Below, piece by piece: positions 58,831 to 64,000 of a DNA stretch of 64,000 nucleotides; within the stretch, counting starts at the first letter, position 1; each line of letters starts with the position of its first letter. Location of the stretch: positions 34,577 to 98,576 of the forward strand of contig JAUMVB010000001.1 in assembly GCA_030530385.1 (NCBI GenBank). Reading direction: 5' to 3'. The notes below the pieces were generated by a model. That model ran no database searches, was not told where the DNA came from, and saw only the letters and a program-made list of their open reading frames with translations. The translations under genes and the position numbers were made by a program. This stretch comes from a bacterium (lineage in GTDB: Bacteria > Patescibacteriota > Saccharimonadia > Saccharimonadales > Saccharimonadaceae).

Positions 58831-60288
58831 TTATTGATTTTGAATTCGAGCGAGTTTTTCGTCGCGTTTGCGTTCGCGTTTATTCTGTGTGTCGGTTGCT
58901 TTTTTGAGCGCGCCCGAAGCTTTATTGATAACTTTTTTACCAGCCGAAATTCTTGCACGGTTTTCTTTGATTTGCTTTTCGTCACGGAAAGAAAACTTAA
59001 TTGGTGTTCCAGAATAATCAAAATTCTCACGAATTAAGCGCTCTAAATATCGTTTATAGCTCCAATGAACAAATTTTAAATTCGAGCCGTGAATAATAAA
59101 CCAAGGCGGATTACTGTCGCTTTGCGAAATGTAGCGCAATTTTGGGTGAGTATTCTTCAAACCTGCTGGCGGATGGGCTTGAGTTGCTTTCTGTAGAAGC
59201 TGATTTAAGATTGAAGTCTTCGCTTGTCTTGCGCGGTTGCGGTGAACTTTTGAAATCAAATCATAAATTTTGGTCACATTTTGGCCAGTTTTCGAACTCG
59301 TAAAAATTAACGGAGCCCAAGGAGTAAATTTGAAGTAATATGCAATTCGTGGTGCTAAAGCATCACGGGTGAAGGCATCTTTTCCTTCAACGCTATCCCA
59401 TTTTGAAACTACGATAATCATCCCTTTTCCGGCATCATTAATTAAGCCAGCAATTCGTTGATCTAGCTGAGTATTAAGTTCGTTTGCATCCATTAAAAGT
59501 AAACAAATATCGGCTTCGTCAATCGCATTTAGAGTTCGAAGCACACTAAATTTCTCAATTCCAACTTCTTGTTTGCCGGGTTTTCGCATTCCAGCTGTGT
59601 CGATAATTTCGATGGTTTTTTCATTAAAACGAATTTGCGTTTTGTTGGTATCGCGTGTTGTTCCAGCGACGTTTGCCACAATCGCCTGCTGTTTGCCCGC
59701 CATTGTATTGAAAAGATAGGATTTTCCAGCATTTGGGCGACCAACCAAAGCCACACGAATTATATCTTCATCGCGTTCTTCTTCTTTAACTTTTGGAATT
59801 TTTTCAGCGATTTCAGTCAAGAGCTCATCAACACCGGCATTGTGCTCGGCGGAAGTTCGAATAATTGGTTTAATACCAAGTCGCAAAAATTCTTCATTTG
59901 GTAAATTGCCTCTTAAGTCAGTTTTGTTCAAAACTAAAATTACTGGTTTCCGAGATTTTAAAGCCTTTTTTGCAATCAAGCGATCTTCGTTCGAAAAAGG
60001 CTTCGTGCTATCAAGAACTACTAAAATCAATTCACTAGCATCAACTGCGTCTTGAATTTGCTCTTGAATTGTGGCTTCAAACTCATCGTTCGGGTCTTTC
60101 AAGCCGGCTGTATCAATTAGCCAAAAAGCCTGTTTTTTATAATTAACTTTGCCAAGAACGCTGTCACGCGTTGTTCCGGCTTCTCGCGCAACAACGGCTT
60201 GCTGAGCACGAATCATTCGGTTAAAAAGCGAAGATTTTCCGACATTCGCCTGACCAATAATTGCAACTTTAGGAAGATTTTTAGACAT
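58831..60288 (-). CDS. der: GTPase Der (EngA) with a basic C-terminal tail
   Basis: Two G domains (GQANVGKSSLFN, GRPNAGKSYLFN), a KH-like domain, and a KKATDTQNKRERKRDEK tail. Confidence 0.9.
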   Translation of the reverse strand: MSKNLPKVAIIGQANVGKSSLFNRMIRAQQAVVAREAGTTRDSVLGKVNYKKQAFWLIDTAGLKDPNDEFEATIQEQIQDAVDASELILVVLDSTKPFSNEDRLIAKKALKSRKPVILVLNKTDLRGNLPNEEFLRLGIKPIIRTSAEHNAGVDELLTEIAEKIPKVKEEERDEDIIRVALVGRPNAGKSYLFNTMAGKQQAIVANVAGTTRDTNKTQIRFNEKTIEIIDTAGMRKPGKQEVGIEKFSVLRTLNAIDEADICLLLMDANELNTQLDQRIAGLINDAGKGMIIVVSKWDSVEGKDAFTRDALAPRIAYYFKFTPWAPLIFTSSKTGQNVTKIYDLISKVHRNRARQAKTSILNQLLQKATQAHPPAGLKNTHPKLRYISQSDSNPPWFIIHGSNLKFVHWSYKRYLERLIRENFDYSGTPIKFSFRDEKQIKENRARISAGKKVINKASGALKKATDTQNKRERKRDEKLARIQNQ

Positions 60289-60361
60289 AGTAAATAAATT
60301 ATACCAGATTAAGAGACTACCTTCAACCTTAAGCTTTTATGTTTGCGACTTAAAGAAAAAT

Positions 60362-60370
60362 ATGTTAAAA
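60362..60370 (+). promoter_or_regulatory. Extended -10 (TGtTAAAAT) for the 60404 gene, which is SD-led with a ~25-nt leader
   Basis: Read directly. An AGGAGG SD lies at 60385-60390. Confidence 0.4.
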
Positions 60371-60403
60371 TATTAAAATCTTTATTTATAGGAGGAACCT
60401 TTT

Positions 60404-60949
60404 ATGTTTAACATAACAAAATGCATATCAAAACTCTTTATGCACAAGGAAAAATTCTCGCTTGAAGAGCGGCGAGAACTAGCAAATATACAAAGAGATG
60501 CTTTTGAGTTAATCATTAGCAGACCACAAGTTTACGACCACAAGAGAGACGTTCATGACAAAAGCGACTTTGAGAAAGTTGTCGACAATATTGAATGGCT
60601 AGATTCTTTCTTGAAGGACAATAGAATTATTAGTGAGATAGACTCTTTATGGGTCAATGTCGTTAATAGAAAAAAACAGATTAGAAATCTAAATAATAAT
60701 CTGATTAGAGCTTTAATGTGCGACGGATTTAAAGAAGATGACGCGATAGAAATTGCGTCCTTCTCAAAGAGCTACATTTTGAGAAGCTCAATTAAGTACG
60801 ACCTAGAAAAGGTAGTTGAGGCGATGACACAGCAGAATGAGCTATTCTGCGATATCCTAGAAGATCCAACAGTACACCTTCTAGATGAAGTTTTTCTCTG
60901 CGTTGAGGAAAATTCTCTCCCAATAGTAAAGAAAACATCCTTTAGATAG
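60404..60949 (+). CDS. Hypothetical protein (181 aa), a monocistronic unit
   Basis: A strong AGGAGG SD and its own terminator. No recognisable motif. Confidence 0.5.
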   Translation: MFNITKCISKLFMHKEKFSLEERRELANIQRDAFELIISRPQVYDHKRDVHDKSDFEKVVDNIEWLDSFLKDNRIISEIDSLWVNVVNRKKQIRNLNNNLIRALMCDGFKEDDAIEIASFSKSYILRSSIKYDLEKVVEAMTQQNELFCDILEDPTVHLLDEVFLCVEENSLPIVKKTSFR

Positions 60950-60977
60950 TCTTCAAATTGAAGGCTATTTTTCTTTT
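60948..60977 (+). terminator. Intrinsic terminator
   Basis: Hairpin agtcttc-aaatt-gaaggct, followed by a T-rich tail. Confidence 0.5.
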
Positions 60978-61681
60978 AGCTCAAAAAAATCACCCTCGCA
61001 CATCTCCTCCGGCAATCTATAAATACCAAAAATGATGCGGTGAAGATATACAACAGTATAGCCCAAAGCCGCAAAAGTCCGACGAATCTGTCGATTTCGT
61101 CCTTCACTCATAGAAACCCGCCAAAATTTCCGCGTATCATCAAGTCGCTCAAGGCCAAGCTGAGATTTACCATCTGGTAAATTAATACCAAAATCAGCAA
61201 TCATCTGCTGATGAAGCGGCTCCAATGGTACGTTAATTTTAACTAGATACTCCTTAATTTTTCGAAATTTTGGATGAGTCATTTGAAAAGCAAAATCACC
61301 ATCGTTAGTAAGTAAAATTAGTCCGCTCGAATCTTTATCAAGACGACCGACAGGCTTGAGATTATGATATTTTTTAGGCAAAATAGAATAAATTGTCTCA
61401 TTATCACCTTGCCTCTTGCGTGAACAAACATAACCTTGAGGTTTATTTAGTAGTAAATAGATTTTTTCTTCTGGGGTTTTAGAGATTTTTTTATTACCTA
61501 ATGTAATTTCATCAGCTTTAAAAAACCTAGCACCGAGTTTTGCAGTCTCTCCGTTTATAGAGACTTTACCAGAAGATATCAGATCATCGGCCTGACGCCT
61601 AGAAACGCCAAGCTGAAGAGCCAAAAACTTATTTAAACGCTCCCCCACTCCTTTTTTTTGATTTCGAGCGTACTCCAGCAT
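60965..61681 (-). CDS. S4-domain pseudouridine synthase (RsuA/RluB family)
   Basis: An N-terminal S4 domain (RLNKFLALQLGVSRRQADDLI) and the catalytic GRLDKDSSGLILLTNDG. Confidence 0.85.
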   Translation of the reverse strand: MLEYARNQKKGVGERLNKFLALQLGVSRRQADDLISSGKVSINGETAKLGARFFKADEITLGNKKISKTPEEKIYLLLNKPQGYVCSRKRQGDNETIYSILPKKYHNLKPVGRLDKDSSGLILLTNDGDFAFQMTHPKFRKIKEYLVKINVPLEPLHQQMIADFGINLPDGKSQLGLERLDDTRKFWRVSMSEGRNRQIRRTFAALGYTVVYLHRIIFGIYRLPEEMCEGDFFELKEK

Positions 61682-62695
61682 TTACTGGGCTCCAAAACGA
61701 GGGCCAACCGAAATTTGTCTAGAAGGAGTTGCAACATCAGATCGAGGTACCGTAGAAGCGGGCATTTGAGGCTGCGATTGACCACTCATTGATTGATTGA
61801 TTACTTGAGCTGAATCAACTACCTGGGTGTTTAACATCGCTGCGTCTTCAGTAGCTTGAGGGATTCGAGGCTCTATATTCTGTTCAAAAACAGGAGAAGC
61901 AGACTGAGGCTGAGATTGAGCAATAGACTGTTGGTTTAGATCTACAGGAATATCAACCGGCCGGTTAGAAAAACTTCCCAACACGCTATTAAGTTCCGCT
62001 TCGAATTGAGCTTCTTTCATTTCACTTTCTAAGTTTTGGACTGGCGGCTGAATTACTCGCTCCCCAAGCCCAGCCGGTCTATTGGTCGAAAAAGGGGCTG
62101 TAGGTTGTGGCAAGGAGCTCGCTTGATCATTATTACCTTGCTGACCAGACAAATAATCCCCATTTTGAGCAGGAGAAGAAGATGAAGCTCCGTCATTCTG
62201 ATAGGATATTGGTTGCGTAGCAGGTTGCACAACTCCTGAAGTTGCATTATGCGATTGTGACTGATCATGATATACAGGCATTTGTGACCCTTGTTTATCT
62301 GCAGTACGCTGTTCTGGAGTTAAGTGCCCATCAGCGAGAACCTCATGAACAGTTCTTACAACATCTTCAATACCAACCTGAGACTTAACTAGATAACGAT
62401 CGGCGCCAAGTTGCTCACCCCGTTTCCTTTGATCTTCGCTTGAAAGCGCTGTCATCATAATTACTTTAATACCTCGAGTCTCTGTAGTTGACCGCAAAAT
62501 ATCCAACATGTCAAAGCCTGAAATTTTAGGCATCATAACGTCAGAAACAATTAGATTAGGGCGTTCTTTAATGGCCATCGCAAGAGCCTCTTCGCCATCG
62601 CCAGCCGAAACAATATCATAACCCTCTGCGAGCAAACGAACTCCATAAATTTCGCGTAAACTTTTGTCGTCTTCTACTAATAAAATCTTTGTCAT
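61682..62695 (-). CDS. Response regulator: a CheY-like receiver domain followed by a ~215-aa Q/S/P-rich low-complexity tail with no recognisable output domain
   Basis: REC motifs (ILLVEDD, phospho-acceptor D in SDVMMP, the KSQ region), then compositionally biased sequence. Confidence 0.7.
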   Translation of the reverse strand: MTKILLVEDDKSLREIYGVRLLAEGYDIVSAGDGEEALAMAIKERPNLIVSDVMMPKISGFDMLDILRSTTETRGIKVIMMTALSSEDQRKRGEQLGADRYLVKSQVGIEDVVRTVHEVLADGHLTPEQRTADKQGSQMPVYHDQSQSHNATSGVVQPATQPISYQNDGASSSSPAQNGDYLSGQQGNNDQASSLPQPTAPFSTNRPAGLGERVIQPPVQNLESEMKEAQFEAELNSVLGSFSNRPVDIPVDLNQQSIAQSQPQSASPVFEQNIEPRIPQATEDAAMLNTQVVDSAQVINQSMSGQSQPQMPASTVPRSDVATPSRQISVGPRFGAQ

Positions 62696-62750
62696 ATTAC
62701 TCCTATTATATATTACTTTTATTAAAATCCCAAAGCTTTTATGCTTAATT

Positions 62751-64000
62751 TTATTTCCTACGCTCAGCTAGCATTTTACGAACATATTCTTCACGCATTC
62801 TTTCAATTTCAGATAGTGTAGGTGGCTGACTAGTCTTAATGTTTTCGTTATTTATACCTAGCTTAGGCTCGTTATGGGGTAGTTCGGTAGGGCGTTCTCG
62901 AGAATAGCTCACGGCGCCAAACTGTACAGGTGGGTTAGTGTTAGTATCGGGCTTTTTATAATCAGGTTGATTGTTAATTTCTTGCGGAAAATATTGGGAT
63001 TGTGCCAGATCAAGAGGATTACCTACAGGGATGGTATCTTCTTTAGGTTCTGCCTGAATAATGTTCGTTTGAGCCTCTTTGATGTAATCTTGTATTTCTT
63101 CATTATTTTGCTTTGTATTATCGCTAGCGGTAGCCCTTTCTTCTTCTTTTAATTTCTCAGCCTTATTACGATCTATCCTAGGTAACTGAACGGTAAAAAT
63201 TGAACCTTTTTTATACTCACTCTCTAGATATAATTTGCCTCCAAGACCTTCAACCAGTTTGCGCGATAAATAAAGGCCCAAACCGGTTCCCCTAATTTCA
63301 CGAGTTTCAGAATTGTCAACACGATAAAATTTCTGAAAAAGATGTGGAATATCCTCCGCCGGAATACCAATACCAGAGTCCTCCACAGAAATTCGCACAT
63401 TCTCATTATCTCCGCTAACATTCACAATTACCCTACCAAAGGGCGTATATTTTATAGCATTTTCAAATAAATTATCTAAAACTTCCCGCAAATGGTCCCT
63501 ATCGGCATAAATAAAATAAACAGGCGCTAGCGTTCTCTCACTACTATTTTTTTGATCGGGCATAAAAACATACTCTAAATTCTTATCTTTAGCTTTTGAT
63601 TTTAGCCCTTCCCAAATATCCCGAGTAAAAGCTATGGCGTCTAAAACTACAGGTTCGTTTTTCATGCGTCCATCTTCTGCCTTTGAGATATCCAACAAAT
63701 CTCGGAAAAGCTGACCTAAATATCGAGTGCTTTCATGAGCCTTTTGTAAATAATCACGTGCACGATCATCAATCGTAGCAGTAGCAGGATTTAAAGCTAA
63801 GCCAAGATATCCTTCAATACTAGCTACAGGAGTTCTCATTTCGTGGCTAGCAGTCGAGATGAATTCTGCCTGTTCTCGATTTTCTTTAACTTCCCTAGAT
63901 ATATCACGAAAGACAACAACTAGTCCAGTTTTCATATTATCAACTGGATTAATCTGTAAAAAAATTTGACGCACTCTCCCGCTTTGCGTCTTTAAAAATA
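62751..64000 (-). CDS. Sensor histidine kinase (PAS-HisKA-HATPase_c) with a ~140-aa low-complexity C-terminal tail. The N-terminus lies beyond the window end.
   Basis: H-box ISTASHEMRTPV and G-boxes (DSGIGI, GTGLGLYLSRKLV). The reading frame remains open upstream of the GTG at 63974 through position 64000. Confidence 0.75.
   Translation of the reverse strand, partial: FLKTQSGRVRQIFLQINPVDNMKTGLVVVFRDISREVKENREQAEFISTASHEMRTPVASIEGYLGLALNPATATIDDRARDYLQKAHESTRYLGQLFRDLLDISKAEDGRMKNEPVVLDAIAFTRDIWEGLKSKAKDKNLEYVFMPDQKNSSERTLAPVYFIYADRDHLREVLDNLFENAIKYTPFGRVIVNVSGDNENVRISVEDSGIGIPAEDIPHLFQKFYRVDNSETREIRGTGLGLYLSRKLVEGLGGKLYLESEYKKGSIFTVQLPRIDRNKAEKLKEEERATASDNTKQNNEEIQDYIKEAQTNIIQAEPKEDTIPVGNPLDLAQSQYFPQEINNQPDYKKPDTNTNPPVQFGAVSYSRERPTELPHNEPKLGINNENIKTSQPPTLSEIERMREEYVRKMLAERRK

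Noticed and set aside
1-64000. CRISPR arrays, IS elements, integrases and prophage genes
   Set aside because: No regularly spaced direct repeats were seen, and no transposase, integrase or phage-like ORFs are in any frame. The window looks like core chromosome.

Overview
This window is a 64-kb AT-rich stretch of a small bacterial genome with standard genetic code and dense, mostly minus-strand housekeeping genes. Gene content, sortase, PilB and the absence of a T-box upstream of tyrS are compatible with a reduced Gram-positive-like or CPR/Saccharibacteria-type genome, but that assignment is inference only.

Recognisable genes, in order:
- a GalU-like nucleotidyltransferase (partial), nusA, RNase J, a COG0523 zinc-chaperone GTPase, pepN, phosphoglucomutase, PBP1A, tyrS, and a YtxH/DUF948 pair;
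- a uvrB–gatC–gatA–(membrane ORF)–gatB operon;
- a LOG-like/pfkB/rpe/rpiB/gap operon;
- a CYTH protein, rel, ppa, PIN-TRAM (YacL-like), radA, an HExxH membrane protein divergent from a secreted DUF1524/HNH nuclease, and an rnhB–yraN fusion;
- AlkD-like, rplS, pilB, a SpoU methyltransferase, NUDIX, a MurF-like ligase, a histidine phosphatase, gltX, eno, a sortase, tRNA-Leu(CAA), sodA, trxB, FKBP, pheS–(hydrolase)–pheT, a CDF transporter, map, adk, pth, der, RluB-like, and a response-regulator/histidine-kinase pair with long low-complexity tails.

No CRISPR array, transposase, integrase or phage genes were seen.

The most notable sequence-level pattern is a recurring leaderless architecture of a (TGn)TAnAAT -10 box followed 6-7 nt later by the ATG, sometimes with a TTGATT -35. 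It includes a perfectly duplicated, divergent TGCTATAAT pair driving the HExxH protein and the nuclease.
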